A stretch of DNA of 64,000 bases from Gammaproteobacteria bacterium (lineage in GTDB: Bacteria > Pseudomonadota > Gammaproteobacteria > Burkholderiales > SG8-39), in contig JBGPPD010000001.1 in NCBI GenBank assembly GCA_041488375.1, positions 16,667 through 80,666 on the forward strand. The letters are read 5' to 3'. Below the pieces are notes generated by a model. The model was not told where the DNA came from and made no database searches. It was given only the letters and a program-made list of their open reading frames with translations. A program made the position numbers and the translations under genes. This document shows, one piece after another, positions 11,203 through 21,824 of the stretch (position 1 is the first letter of the stretch; each line of letters begins with the position of its first letter).

Positions 11203-12153
11203 TTGCAGATTATCGTAATCCCTGACCGCCTGGCGAGGGCCAGGACGCTGAACATCTCCTCGCGCCACCTGGCCGTGTCGATGATGCTCGCGCTCCTGCT
11301 GCTGCTCGGGATGACGGCGGGCCTGTACTGGTTGACGATCCGTTTTGCCACCGACATCAGGATTCCGGTGGTGCAGCAACTCGTACTTGCCGCGCAGCAG
11401 GGCGAAGCCGAGCGGGCGCGCCAGTTCGTGCAGCAGAATCTGAACGCCATGGCGGTGAAGCTGGGGGAAATGCAGGCGCAGCTGGCCCGGCTCGATGCGC
11501 TGGGCGACCGCTTGTCGACGATGGCGGGCATCCGCCCGCAGGAGTTCAGATTCAGCGAGGCGCCCGGCCTGGGCGGCGCCCAGCCGACGTCGCTGCCGCC
11601 GCAGAACCTGTCGCTCGCCGAGTTCGGCGAAAAGCTGAGCACGCTTTCGCGCGACGTGGAGAACCGCACCGACATGCTGGGCGTGCTCGAGTCGCAGTTG
11701 TTCGAGCAGGCCATCAAGAAAAAGCTGATGCCGACCATGATGCCGGTGAATGCCCCGTTCAACGCATCCGGCTTCGGCATGCGCATCGACCCGTTTACCG
11801 GCCAGCACGCGATGCACGAAGGCATCGACTTCCTGGCCGAGGCGGGTTCGCCCATCGTCGCCGCCGCCGGCGGGGTGGTGATCTTCGCCGGCTTCCACCC
11901 GCAATATGGCAACATGGTCGACGTGGATCACGGCAACGATCTGGTCACACGCTACGCGCACGCGTCGAAGCTTTTCGTCAAAGAGGGCGACATCGTGCAG
12001 CGCGGGCGCAAGCTGGGATTGGTCGGTTCCACCGGCCGCTCTACTGGCCCGCATCTGCATTTCGAAGTGCGCTTCAAGGGCGTGGCGCAGAATCCTGCGC
12101 GCTTTGTGCTTGCCTCGCAGGCCTCTCAGCAGTCCGCGCGCGCTGGCAGGTAG
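11203..12153 (+). CDS. M23 family metallopeptidase with N-terminal TM and coiled coil
   Basis: TTG 11203 six nt after AGGGAG; HEGIDF, DHGNDLVTRYAH and GPHLHFEV zinc-ligand motifs. Confidence 0.88.
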   Translation: MQIIVIPDRLARARTLNISSRHLAVSMMLALLLLLGMTAGLYWLTIRFATDIRIPVVQQLVLAAQQGEAERARQFVQQNLNAMAVKLGEMQAQLARLDALGDRLSTMAGIRPQEFRFSEAPGLGGAQPTSLPPQNLSLAEFGEKLSTLSRDVENRTDMLGVLESQLFEQAIKKKLMPTMMPVNAPFNASGFGMRIDPFTGQHAMHEGIDFLAEAGSPIVAAAGGVVIFAGFHPQYGNMVDVDHGNDLVTRYAHASKLFVKEGDIVQRGRKLGLVGSTGRSTGPHLHFEVRFKGVAQNPARFVLASQASQQSARAGR

Positions 12154-12160
12154 CGGCGCA

Positions 12161-12200
12161 CCGGGGCGTGGCCCCGGCATGCTAAAATTTTGAGTTTTCA
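12161..12200 (+). terminator. rho-independent terminator after M23 peptidase gene
   Basis: CCGGGGC-gtg-GCCCCGG hairpin followed by AAAATTTTGAGTTTTC. Confidence 0.55.
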
Positions 12201-12239
12201 GGGTATTTCCGCGCGCCGGCAACGACGGCGGCGCCACCG

Positions 12240-14993
12240 ATGATCGCCAACGTCCTGACCAAGATCTTCGGCAGCCGCAACGACAGGCTGCTCAAGCAGT
12301 ATTCCCGCGTCGTGGCCAGCGTCAACGCGCTGGAATCGGGCATTGCCGCCCTGACTGACGCGCAGCTGGCGGCCAAAACCGGGGAATTCAGGCAGCGCCT
12401 GGCAGACCGCATTGCCGCCGCACCGGCGGAACAGAAGGATGCCGCAGAACGCGACGGGCTGGAGGACCTTCTGCCGGAGGCCTTCGCCGTGGTGCGCGAA
12501 GCAGGCAAGCGCACGCTGAAGATGCGGCATTTCGACGTGCAGCTGGTCGGCGGCATGGTGCTGCACGACGGCAAGATTGCGGAGATGCGCACCGGCGAGG
12601 GCAAGACGCTGGTGGCGACGCTTCCCGCCTACCTGAATGCGCTCGCCGGGCGCGGCGTGCACATTGTCACCGTGAACGACTACCTGGCCCGGCGCGATGC
12701 GGAATGGATGGGCAAGATCTACGGCTTCCTCGGCCTCAGCGTGGGGGTCAACATCCCGCAAATGGAGCCCGAAGCGAAGCGCGCGGCCTACGCCGCCGAC
12801 GTCACCTACGGCACCAACAACGAATTCGGGTTTGACTACCTGCGCGACAACATGGCGATGCGCATCGAGGAGCGCTTCCAGCGCGGCCTGCCCTACGCCA
12901 TCGTCGACGAGGTGGACTCGATCCTGATCGACGAGGCGCGCACCCCGCTGATCATCTCCGGCCAGGCGGAGGACCGCACGGAGATCTACGCGCGCATGAA
13001 CGAGGTCGCGCCGCTGCTTGCGCGGCAGAAGGACGAGAAGGGGGACGGCGACTTCTGGGTGGATGAAAAGAACCATCAGATCATCCTGTCCGAGGCGGGG
13101 CATGCCAGGGCCGAGGAAGTGCTCGCGCGCGTCGGCCTGCTGCCGCAGGGAGCGAGCCTGTACGAGCCCGCCTACGTCAACCTGGTCCATCATCTGTATG
13201 CGGCGCTGCGCGCGCACTACCTGTTTCTCCGTGACCAGCACTATGTGGTGCAGGACGGCGAGGTGATCATCGTCGACGAGTTTACGGGTCGCATGATGCA
13301 CGGACGGCGCTGGTCCGACGGCCTGCACCAGGCTGTCGAGGCCAAGGAGAAGGTGCAGATTCAGAACGAGAACCAGACGCTCGCCTCGATCACGTTCCAG
13401 AACTACTTCCGCATGTACCGCAAGCTGGCGGGCATGACCGGCACGGCGGACACCGAGGCGTACGAGTTCCAGGAGATCTACGGCCTGGAGACGATGGTGA
13501 TCCCGACGCACAAGCAGATGGTCCGCGACGACCGGCTCGACCTGGTGTACCGCACCGCCAAGGAGAAGCACAAGGCGATCGTCGACGACATCCGGGACTG
13601 CCACGAGCGCGGTCAGCCGGTGCTGGTCGGCACCACGTCCATCGAGGCTTCCGAGCTGCTGTCCTCACTGCTTACCAAGGACAAGCTGCCGCACCAGGTG
13701 CTCAACGCCAAGCAGCACGCGCGGGAGGCCGAGATCGTCGCGCAGGCCGGGCGGCCGAAGATGGTCACCATCGCCACCAACATGGCCGGCCGCGGCACCG
13801 ACATCGTGCTGGGCGGCAACGTCGAGAAACAGATCGAGCTGATCGAGGCCGCGGACGAGATTCCCGGCGAGGACCGCAGCGCCCGCACCGAGAAGCTGCG
13901 CAGCGAGTGGCAGCAGCTGCACGACCATGTAATCAGGGAGGGCGGCCTGCACATCGTCGGCACCGAACGGCACGAGTCGCGCCGGGTGGACAATCAGCTG
14001 CGCGGCCGCTCAGGGCGCCAGGGCGATCCCGGCAGCTCGCGCTTCTACCTTTCGCTCGAGGACCCACTGCTGCGCATCTTCGCGGGCGAGCGCATCAACA
14101 AGATCATGCTGATGCTGCGCATGCCCGAGGGCGAGGCCATCGAGCACGCGATGGTGACCCGCTCCATCGAGAGCGCGCAGCGCAAAGTCGAAGCGCGCAA
14201 CTTCGACATCCGCAAGCAACTGCTCGAATACGACGACGTCGCCAACGACCAGCGCAAGACCATCTACGCGCTGAGGAACGAGTTGCTCGAATCGCTGGAC
14301 GTGTCGCCGCGCATCGCCGACCTGCGCGGCGGCGTGATCGCCGACCTGTTCCGCACGTTCGTGCCGGAGGAGAGCGTCGAGGAACAATGGGACGTGAAGG
14401 GGCTCGAGGGCACGCTCAAGACGGAGGTCAACCTGCCGCTGCCGATCGGCAAATGGCTGGAGCAGGAGCCGGACCTTGGCGACACGGCGCTGCTCGAGCG
14501 CATCATCGGCAAGTCACACGAGGCCTACCAGGCGAAGATTCCCGCCGGCGCCGAGGATTCCTACCACCAGTACGAGCGCTACATGATGCTGCAGATCCTC
14601 GACTCGCACTGGCGGGAGCACCTGGCGGCGCTCGACCACCTGCGCCAGGGCATCCACCTGCGCGGCTACGCGCAGAAGAACCCCAAGCAGGAATACAAGC
14701 GTGAGGCCTTCGAGCTGTTCGGCGCCATGCTGGAGGCGGTCAAGCTGGAGGTGACGCGCACGCTGGTGGCGGTGGAGATCCGCGCCAGCGACGAAGTGCC
14801 CAAGGCCGACGTCGAGCAGCACGTGGAGAACGTGCGGCTGCAGCACGCCGACTATGAGACCGCGCTCGCAGAGGGCGCGGAAGAGAAGAAGGCCCAGCCG
14901 ACAGTGCGCCCGACCCAGAAGGTCGGCCGCAATGATCCCTGCCCCTGCGGCTCGGGCAGGAAATACAAGCACTGCCACGGCAAATTGAGCTAG
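12240..14993 (+). CDS. secA: preprotein translocase ATPase SecA
   Basis: 917 aa; [20 protein letters not shown]-terminus, DEAD-like motor motifs, C-terminal zinc finger [14 protein letters not shown]. Confidence 0.98.
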   Translation: MIANVLTKIFGSRNDRLLKQYSRVVASVNALESGIAALTDAQLAAKTGEFRQRLADRIAAAPAEQKDAAERDGLEDLLPEAFAVVREAGKRTLKMRHFDVQLVGGMVLHDGKIAEMRTGEGKTLVATLPAYLNALAGRGVHIVTVNDYLARRDAEWMGKIYGFLGLSVGVNIPQMEPEAKRAAYAADVTYGTNNEFGFDYLRDNMAMRIEERFQRGLPYAIVDEVDSILIDEARTPLIISGQAEDRTEIYARMNEVAPLLARQKDEKGDGDFWVDEKNHQIILSEAGHARAEEVLARVGLLPQGASLYEPAYVNLVHHLYAALRAHYLFLRDQHYVVQDGEVIIVDEFTGRMMHGRRWSDGLHQAVEAKEKVQIQNENQTLASITFQNYFRMYRKLAGMTGTADTEAYEFQEIYGLETMVIPTHKQMVRDDRLDLVYRTAKEKHKAIVDDIRDCHERGQPVLVGTTSIEASELLSSLLTKDKLPHQVLNAKQHAREAEIVAQAGRPKMVTIATNMAGRGTDIVLGGNVEKQIELIEAADEIPGEDRSARTEKLRSEWQQLHDHVIREGGLHIVGTERHESRRVDNQLRGRSGRQGDPGSSRFYLSLEDPLLRIFAGERINKIMLMLRMPEGEAIEHAMVTRSIESAQRKVEARNFDIRKQLLEYDDVANDQRKTIYALRNELLESLDVSPRIADLRGGVIADLFRTFVPEESVEEQWDVKGLEGTLKTEVNLPLPIGKWLEQEPDLGDTALLERIIGKSHEAYQAKIPAGAEDSYHQYERYMMLQILDSHWREHLAALDHLRQGIHLRGYAQKNPKQEYKREAFELFGAMLEAVKLEVTRTLVAVEIRASDEVPKADVEQHVENVRLQHADYETALAEGAEEKKAQPTVRPTQKVGRNDPCPCGSGRKYKHCHGKLS

Positions 14994-14997
14994 CTCC

Positions 14998-16209
14998 GTG
15001 GCGGTGAACCTGCGTGCGCCGGACGCGGCGCAGCTCCACCCGGTTGCCGGCGTCGAACTGGGCGTCGCGATGGCCGGCGTGCGCAAGGCCAACCGCAAGG
15101 ACCTGCTGGTGGTCCGCTTGGCGCCGGGCTCGAGCGTCGCCGGCGTATTCACCCGGAACCGGTTCTGCGCCGCGCCCGTGCTACTGGCGAAGAGGCATTT
15201 GCGCAATCCGGTGCGGGCGCTGGTGGTGAACACCGGCAATGCCAACGCCGGGACGGGCGCCGACGGGCTGCGGCGGGCCCTCGCTGTGTGCCGTGCGCTC
15301 GCCTCCTCGCTGGGCTGCAAGGTCGGCCAGGTCCTTCCTTTTTCGACCGGCGTGATCATGGAGCCGCTGCCCGACGCGCGCATCGTTGCGGGGCTGCCGC
15401 AGGCGATCGCGGACCTGCAGGCCGGCAACTGGCTTGCCGCGGCCGAGGCAATCATGACCACCGATACCGTGGCGAAGGCCGCGTCGGTCCAAGTAAGGCT
15501 GAGTTCCGGACGCGCAACCATCACGGGCATCGCGAAGGGGTCGGGCATGATTCGACCCGACATGGCGACCATGCTGGGATTTGTCGCGACCGATGCGAAG
15601 ATTGCGCGCAGCGCTTTGCAACGGATCACGAAGCAGGCGGCAGATGCCTCCTTCAATTGCATCACCGTGGATGGGGACACCTCGACGAATGACGCGTTCA
15701 TGTGTCTCGCGACCGGAAAGGGCCCGGTGGCGAGATCGGGGAAAGACCTCAAGGCGATCGGCGCGGCGTTGACGCAAGTTGCGCAACAGCTCGCCCAGGC
15801 CATCGTGCGCGACGGCGAGGGCGCCACCAAATTCGTCACGGTGCGGGTGGAACGGGGCCGCAGCGCCGCCGAATGCCGCAAGGTGGCTTACGCCATTGCG
15901 CACTCGCCGCTGGTGAAAACCGCGTTTTTCGCCTCTGACCCGAATCTGGGCCGTATCCTTGCCGCCATCGGCTATGCCGGCGTGGCAGGGCTGGATACCT
16001 CCAAGGTGGATCTGTATCTTGATGAGGTCTTGGTGGCGAAGTCCGGCGGCAGGCATGCCGGCTACCGCGAAGACCAGGGAGTGGCCGCGATGCGCAAGCC
16101 GGAGTTCACCGTGCGCGCGGTGCTCAACCGCGGCAAGGCGGCGGCCACCGTGTGGACCTGCGACCTGTCCTTCGACTACGTGAAGATCAACGCGGAGTAC
16201 CGCTCGTGA
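14998..16209 (+). CDS. argJ: bifunctional ornithine acetyltransferase / N-acetylglutamate synthase ArgJ
   Basis: GTG start; autoproteolysis site region [14 protein letters not shown]; 403 aa. Confidence 0.95.
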   Translation: MAVNLRAPDAAQLHPVAGVELGVAMAGVRKANRKDLLVVRLAPGSSVAGVFTRNRFCAAPVLLAKRHLRNPVRALVVNTGNANAGTGADGLRRALAVCRALASSLGCKVGQVLPFSTGVIMEPLPDARIVAGLPQAIADLQAGNWLAAAEAIMTTDTVAKAASVQVRLSSGRATITGIAKGSGMIRPDMATMLGFVATDAKIARSALQRITKQAADASFNCITVDGDTSTNDAFMCLATGKGPVARSGKDLKAIGAALTQVAQQLAQAIVRDGEGATKFVTVRVERGRSAAECRKVAYAIAHSPLVKTAFFASDPNLGRILAAIGYAGVAGLDTSKVDLYLDEVLVAKSGGRHAGYREDQGVAAMRKPEFTVRAVLNRGKAAATVWTCDLSFDYVKINAEYRS

Positions 16210-17066
16210 GCAAGGACCTCAAGCAGCTCCTCGAGCGGCTGGAGCAACTGCTGCCCCCGGCCCCGCCGCCCACCGACTGGAGCGCGAGCATCGCGTTGCG
16301 CTGGCGCCGGACCGCCGGCCTGCATGCGCGCGGCTGGCTGCAGCCCGTGCGCCACGTGCACCGCATGCGGCTCTCGGACCTGCAGGGCATTGACGGGCAG
16401 ATCGCGAAGGTCGAGCAGAACACCCGCCAGTTCATCGAGGGCCGGCCGGCCAACAACGTGCTGCTCACCGGCGCGCGCGGCACGGGCAAGTCCTCCATCG
16501 TCAAGGGCCTGCTCAACAAGTACCACAAGCAGGGCCTGCGCCTGATCGAGGTGGAGAAGAACGACCTCATCGACTTGCCGGAGATCACCGACCGGGTAGC
16601 GGGGCGGCCGGAGCGGTTCCTGCTGTTCTGCGACGACCTCACGTTTCACGGCGCGGAGGACGGCTACATCGCGCTCAAAGTGGCGCTCGACGGCTCGATA
16701 TCCACCACCTCGGAAAACCTGCTGATCTACGCCACCTCGAATCGGCGCCACCTGATGCCGGAGTTCATGCAGGAGAACCTGGAAACCAAGTACGTCGGCG
16801 ACGAAATTCACCCGGGCGAGACAGTGGAGGAGAAGATTTCGCTGTCGGAGCGTTTCGGCCTGTGGGTGTCGTTCTATCCGTTCGACCAGGACGAATACCT
16901 GGAGATCGTGGCGCACTGGCTGAAGACCCTCGGCTGCGCGGCGAAGGACCTCGATGCGGCGCGCGAGGAGGCGCTGCAGTGGTCGCTGCAGCGCGGCTCC
17001 AGGAGCGGCCGCATCGCCTACCAGTTCGCCAGGGACTGGGCCGGCAGGCACGCAAAGAGGAAGTAG
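16206..17066 (+). CDS. DUF815-type AAA ATPase
   Basis: GTG 16206 overlapping argJ TGA (GTGA); Walker [10 protein letters not shown]; Walker B LLFCDDL. Confidence 0.85.
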   Translation: MSKDLKQLLERLEQLLPPAPPPTDWSASIALRWRRTAGLHARGWLQPVRHVHRMRLSDLQGIDGQIAKVEQNTRQFIEGRPANNVLLTGARGTGKSSIVKGLLNKYHKQGLRLIEVEKNDLIDLPEITDRVAGRPERFLLFCDDLTFHGAEDGYIALKVALDGSISTTSENLLIYATSNRRHLMPEFMQENLETKYVGDEIHPGETVEEKISLSERFGLWVSFYPFDQDEYLEIVAHWLKTLGCAAKDLDAAREEALQWSLQRGSRSGRIAYQFARDWAGRHAKRK

Positions 17067-17975
17067 ATGGCGGTCGAAGTCGCCGCGGCGGTGATCCAGC
17101 GCGCCGACGGCGCCTTCCTGCTGGCGCGCAGGCCGGCCGGCAAGGTCTACGCCGGCTACTGGGAATTCCCGGGCGGCAAGGTGGAGGCCGGCGAGCCGGC
17201 GGACCGGGCTCTGGTGCGCGAGCTGCGCGAGGAGCTGGGTATCGATGCTTGCACCGCATTCCCGTGGATCACGCGCGTCTACACCTATCCCCATGCCACC
17301 GTACGTCTCAATTTCTTCCGCGTTACCGCCTGGAAGGGCGAACCCCAGCCGCGCGAACAGCAGGCGATCGCCTGGCAACGGTTTGGTTTGCCGCTTGCCG
17401 AGCCGATGCTGCCGGCGAATGCGCCGGTCCTCGCGGCGCTGGAACTGCCGCAGGAGTATGCGATCACGGACGCGGCAAGCCGGGGCCGGGAGCCGATGCT
17501 GGCCAGGATCCAGGCACGGCTCGGCGCCGGGCTGAAACTGATCCAGGTGAGGGACAAGGAACTGCCGCGGCGGGAGGAGTTTGCGCGCTCGGTGCTGCGG
17601 CTGGCGCATCGCCATCACGCCAGGGTCCTGCTGAACGGCGGCCCGGAGATCGGCGACGGTGTTCACTACACCGCGGCGCAGTTGATGGCCTTGCGCGAGA
17701 GGCCGCAAGGCATCCTCGCCGCGGCTTCCTGCCACAGCGCCGCCGAGTTGCAGCACGCGATGCAGCTGGAACTGGATTTCGTCGTGCTCGGCCCGGTCAT
17801 GGCCACGGCTTCTCACCCGGATGCGCCCACGCTGGGCTGGGAGGGCTTTGCGCGCCTCGCGCGCGGCGCGAGCATCCCGGTGTACGCCATCGGCGGCGTG
17901 AAGCGCACAGACTTGGAGACCGCGTGGCGCGCCGGCGCCCACGGGCTGGCGATGGTGAGCGGCGCCTGGAGTTAG
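17067..17975 (+). CDS. NUDIX (MutT-like) hydrolase fused to ThiE/TenI-like domain
   Basis: Nudix box [24 protein letters not shown]; C-terminal TIM-barrel-like LIQVRDKEL...AIGGV region. Confidence 0.88.
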   Translation: MAVEVAAAVIQRADGAFLLARRPAGKVYAGYWEFPGGKVEAGEPADRALVRELREELGIDACTAFPWITRVYTYPHATVRLNFFRVTAWKGEPQPREQQAIAWQRFGLPLAEPMLPANAPVLAALELPQEYAITDAASRGREPMLARIQARLGAGLKLIQVRDKELPRREEFARSVLRLAHRHHARVLLNGGPEIGDGVHYTAAQLMALRERPQGILAAASCHSAAELQHAMQLELDFVVLGPVMATASHPDAPTLGWEGFARLARGASIPVYAIGGVKRTDLETAWRAGAHGLAMVSGAWS

Positions 17976-18151
17976 GCGGGTTCGCCGTCTGCTTTGGGTG
18001 GCGCCTCAGGCACGCGATAGCTCTCCGCCGCCCAGTTCCCGAGGTCGATCAGCCTGCAGCGCTCGCTGCAGAAGGGCCGCCACTGGTTGGACGTGGCGAA
18101 GGGTGCCGGCGCCCCGCAGCGCGGGCAGGGAACCGTGGTTAGAGGTTGCAA
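17972..18151 (-). CDS. yacG: DNA gyrase inhibitor YacG (zinc finger)
   Basis: CPRCG...[14 protein letters not shown] motif; only in-frame start near the finger is TTG 18151 (overlaps zapD stop); the rest of listed ORF 17972..18481 is extension. Confidence 0.7.
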   Translation of the reverse strand: MQPLTTVPCPRCGAPAPFATSNQWRPFCSERCRLIDLGNWAAESYRVPEAPPKADGEPA

Positions 18152-18897
18152 AAGGTCAGCTCGAAGGCGATGTCCCAGTCCGCGGTACGCGGCCTGGGAT
18201 CCTCGCCGTTCTGCGTCAGGAAGCGGATGTTGAGGACGTACTTGTTGGCGCTGATCTCGGGAACGCAGTTCAGCGCCGGGTCGAGGCGCACGCGCATCAT
18301 CTGCGCGGTCTTGCCGCCGAGCATCTGCTGGTAGGTGCCCTGCGGCGCGGACACCCGTTGCGGCTTGCCGGACTCGCGCAGGATGCGCAGGATGATCGCC
18401 GAGCCGTCGCGCAACGGGAACAGCGGACCGGTCCAGGCGGCGAGCTGGCCGATGCGCTCTTCGGCCGGGCGGTGCAGCCAATAGTGGTAGGAGGGCAGGT
18501 CGAACTCGCAGGCGCCGCCCGGGATGCCGGTACGCTGCTTGATCGACATCAACCAGTCGTTCTCGCGCAGGTACTGGCCGATCTTGCCGGTCATCGAAAA
18601 CAGCGCCGCCGCCGCTTGCTCGATGTCGCGCAGCACGCTGCTCAGCGCCTCCTCGGATATCTCCGGGTTGTTGCGGAACGACAGCAGCACCTGTTTTTGC
18701 CGCTCGAGTTCCTGCAGCAGATCCGACTTCAAGTCCGCGCGGCTCGCCACCTCCAGGATCTCGAACAGGGTGAGCAGCGCGACATGGTGATCCAGAGGGT
18801 CGGTGCGCGCGATGAAATGGCGCGAGCGCTCGAACAGGTCCTCGAGGCGCAGCAGCGTGCGTATGCGTTCGTTGAGCGGGTATTCGTACGTGATCAC
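18139..18897 (-). CDS. zapD: cell division protein ZapD
   Basis: GTG 18897 gives [24 protein letters not shown], matching the ZapD N-terminus pattern; upstream part of ORF overlaps coaE. Confidence 0.85.
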   Translation of the reverse strand: MITYEYPLNERIRTLLRLEDLFERSRHFIARTDPLDHHVALLTLFEILEVASRADLKSDLLQELERQKQVLLSFRNNPEISEEALSSVLRDIEQAAAALFSMTGKIGQYLRENDWLMSIKQRTGIPGGACEFDLPSYHYWLHRPAEERIGQLAAWTGPLFPLRDGSAIILRILRESGKPQRVSAPQGTYQQMLGGKTAQMMRVRLDPALNCVPEISANKYVLNIRFLTQNGEDPRPRTADWDIAFELTFCNL

Positions 18898-18958
18898 GTC
18901 CGCGCCCGGGAGGCCAAAGCTGGGCGGATTCTGAGTGATTTGCGCGGCGATGACAAAT

Positions 18959-19567
18959 TCAGCCTGCGGCGCGGGATAGGGAGAGGTAGCGCGCATGCAG
19001 TTCGCGCACCTGCTTGTGCAGTGCGTCAATGGCGCCGGAATTGTCGATGACGTCATCCGCGGCAGCGAGCCTGTCTTCCCTCCGGATCTGGGCGCCGATG
19101 ATGCGCTGGACCTCATCCTCGCTCAGACCGCTGCGCCGGCGCACCCGGTCGGCCTGGACGCTCTCGGGACAGTCCACCACCAGCACGCGCGTCACGCGCT
19201 GGCGGTAACCCGGTGACTCGATCAGCAGCGGCACAACGTGGACCACGTAGGGCCCGCTCGCCATGGCGATGGCGCGCTCGGATTCGGCACGAATCATCGG
19301 GTGCAGCAGCTCCTCCAGCTTCCTTTTCGCCGCGGGGTCGCGGAACACCAGGGCGCGCATCTTGGTGCGGTCCAACGCGCCAGCCGGATCGACGAAATCG
19401 GCGCCGAACAGCTGCCGCAGCTGCGCAATCGCCGCGCCGCCAGGCTGTGTGAGCCGGTGCGAGATGGCATCGCTATCAACCACCGTGGCTCCGAGCCGGC
19501 CGAACTCCTCGGCCGCGGCGCTCTTGCCGCTGCCGATTCCGCCGGTGAGGCCGACGACCAGCCCCAT
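18959..19567 (-). CDS. coaE: dephospho-CoA kinase
   Basis: MGLVVGLTGGIGSGKS P-loop; ATG shares one nt with pilD TGA. Confidence 0.92.
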   Translation of the reverse strand: MGLVVGLTGGIGSGKSAAAEEFGRLGATVVDSDAISHRLTQPGGAAIAQLRQLFGADFVDPAGALDRTKMRALVFRDPAAKRKLEELLHPMIRAESERAIAMASGPYVVHVVPLLIESPGYRQRVTRVLVVDCPESVQADRVRRRSGLSEDEVQRIIGAQIRREDRLAAADDVIDNSGAIDALHKQVRELHARYLSLSRAAG

Positions 19568-20433
19568 CAACCGAGGATCGGCAGCCAGCGCCGGGCGATG
19601 GCTTCGCCCCAGAACAGAGCGGTTACCCCGGCGACGGCGAGGTAAGGCCCGAAGGGAATGGGCTTGTCGCGGCCATGGCGCGCAAACACGATCAGGCAGA
19701 TGCCGACCACCGCCGCGACCACAGAAGACAACAGGATCACCATGGGCAGCTTCTGCCAGCCGAGCCAGGCGCCGATCGCGGCGAGGAGCTTGAAGTCGCC
19801 GTATCCCATGCCCTCTTTGCCGGTCGCCAGCTTGAAGCCCCAATACACCAGCCACAGCGCAAGGTAGCCCGCGACCGCGCCGATCAGCGCGGCGCGCAGC
19901 GGCACGAAGGTGCCGTCCAGGTTGACGAGCAGACCGGCCCACAACAGGAGCAGCGTGAGGTCGTCGGGCAGCAGCTGTGTGTCAAGGTCGATCACCGTCA
20001 GCGCCAACAGCGACCAGCCGAATCCCATGGCACCCAGTGCGGCCAGCGATGGCCCGAATCGCCAGGCCGCGTAGGCGGCAATCAGCCCGGCGAGCAGCTC
20101 GACGATCGGATAGCGTGCCGGGATCCGCATGCCACAGGCCGAGCATTTGCCGCGCAGCACCAGCCAGCTCGCCAAGGGGATGTTCTCGAACGCCGAGATG
20201 CGGTGCCCGCAGCCGGGGCAGGCCGAACGCGGCACGAGCAGGTTGTAGCGCCCGCCCGCTGCCGGGGCCGCGGTTGCGCCTGCAAGCTCGGCGCACTGCT
20301 CGCGCCATTCGCGCTCCATCATCTTCGGCAGCCGATGGATGACGACGTTCAGGAAGGAGCCGATGCACAAGCCCAGCGCCAGCGCGACCCAGGGCAGCAC
20401 GGCAGGCTGGGCCAGCCAGCCGTAGACCGACAT
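19567..20433 (-). CDS. pilD: prepilin peptidase / N-methyltransferase PilD
   Basis: CPGCGHRI...CSACG cysteine pairs, polytopic A24 peptidase body; follows pilC. Confidence 0.93.
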   Translation of the reverse strand: MSVYGWLAQPAVLPWVALALGLCIGSFLNVVIHRLPKMMEREWREQCAELAGATAAPAAGGRYNLLVPRSACPGCGHRISAFENIPLASWLVLRGKCSACGMRIPARYPIVELLAGLIAAYAAWRFGPSLAALGAMGFGWSLLALTVIDLDTQLLPDDLTLLLLWAGLLVNLDGTFVPLRAALIGAVAGYLALWLVYWGFKLATGKEGMGYGDFKLLAAIGAWLGWQKLPMVILLSSVVAAVVGICLIVFARHGRDKPIPFGPYLAVAGVTALFWGEAIARRWLPILG

Positions 20434-21660
20434 CTAGACCGCTTGTCCCAGCTTGAAGATCGGCAGATACATGGCGATCACCATGCCGCCGATCAAGGTG
20501 CCTAGCACCACCATGATCATCGGTTCCATCAGGGATGAAAGGGCCTCGACCGCGTCATCCACCTCTGCTTCGTAGAAGTCGGCGACCTTGCCGAGCATCG
20601 AGTCCAGCGCGCCTGTTTCCTCGCCGATCGAGCACATCTGCAGCACCATGTTGGGGAACACCCCCGAATTCTGCATCGCCAAGGTGAGCGAGGTGCCGGT
20701 GGAGACCTCTTTCTGGATCTGTTTGGTGGCCATCAAGTACACATAGTTGCCCGATGCGCCGCCCACGGAATCGAGCGCTTCCACCAGCGGCACGCCGGCG
20801 GCAAACATGGTGGCCATGGTGCGCGTCCAGCGCGCGATGGTCGACTTCAGCACCAGGTCGCCGAACACCGGCAGCTTCAGCATCAGCTTGTCCATGAAGA
20901 TCTGCACCGGCAGGGAGCGTTTCCAGGCTTCGAGGAAGCCGATGACCGCACCGATGATCACCGGGAAGATGATGTACCAGTACTTGACGAACCAGTCTGA
21001 AACCGCCATCACGAACAACGTCGGCGCGGGCAGGTCGGCGCCAAAATTAGCGAACACTTCCTTGAACGCGGGGATGACGAAGATCATGATCACCGCGGTG
21101 ATGATGAACGCCACCACGACGATGGCGATGGGGTAGAACAGCGCCGCCTTGATCTTCGATTTGATCGCGAGGATCTTTTCCTTGTAGCTCGCCAGGCGGT
21201 CGAGCAGCGTCTCCAGAATGCCGGCCTGCTCGCCGGCCGCCACCAGGTTGCAGAACAGTGCGTCGAAGTACAGCGGGTACTTGCGGAACGCCTGGGCCAG
21301 CGACGAGCCGGTCTCGATTTCGGTCTTGATCTCGAGCAGCAGCCGCGTGACCGCGGGATTCGACGCGCCCTTGCTGACGATGTCGAAACATTGCAGCAGC
21401 GGCACGCCGGCCTTCATCATCGTCGCCAACTGGCGCGTAAACAGCGCGATGTCCTTGTCCCTGACCTTGCCGCCGCTGCCGTACTTCTGCTTCTTGACCT
21501 TCTGGACGATGATTCCCTGACGGCGCAGTGTGGCGTTCACCGCGGCCTCGCTCACCGAGCGCAATTCGCCGCGGATCATCTTGCCGCCCTTGTCGCGACC
21601 CTCCCAGAGGAAGTTGAACTCCTTGGGACCAGCGGCTTTTGCCGCTGCTGCCGTTGCCAT
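20434..21660 (-). CDS. pilC: type IV pilus platform protein PilC (GspF family)
   Basis: 408 aa with duplicated GspF-type domains; N-terminus FNFLWEGRDKGGKMIRGEL. Confidence 0.95.
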   Translation of the reverse strand: MATAAAAKAAGPKEFNFLWEGRDKGGKMIRGELRSVSEAAVNATLRRQGIIVQKVKKQKYGSGGKVRDKDIALFTRQLATMMKAGVPLLQCFDIVSKGASNPAVTRLLLEIKTEIETGSSLAQAFRKYPLYFDALFCNLVAAGEQAGILETLLDRLASYKEKILAIKSKIKAALFYPIAIVVVAFIITAVIMIFVIPAFKEVFANFGADLPAPTLFVMAVSDWFVKYWYIIFPVIIGAVIGFLEAWKRSLPVQIFMDKLMLKLPVFGDLVLKSTIARWTRTMATMFAAGVPLVEALDSVGGASGNYVYLMATKQIQKEVSTGTSLTLAMQNSGVFPNMVLQMCSIGEETGALDSMLGKVADFYEAEVDDAVEALSSLMEPMIMVVLGTLIGGMVIAMYLPIFKLGQAV

Positions 21661-21824
21661 AGCGCCCTCTCCGGTTCGGTTCCCGTCGCAGCAGGACTGA
21701 CCGGCGATGATGCCCTGAGCGGAGTTTTTTGTAAAGCCTCAGGTTTCCGGCCTAAGCTGCTGACGCGGCGTGGTTTTGAGCCCTCGGTTAGAGCCCTAAA
21801 CCGCGGCCTCCGGACAGCCCCTTT

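Noticed and set aside
12198-13604. 468-aa minus-strand ORF antisense to secA. The same applies to 16176..17942, 33498..35138, 41017..42462 and 47668..48903, which lie opposite the DUF815/NUDIX genes, fumC, coaBC and icd.
   Set aside because: All lie opposite strongly recognisable housekeeping genes. All have the His/Arg/Ala/Gln-rich composition of antisense frames in high-GC DNA.
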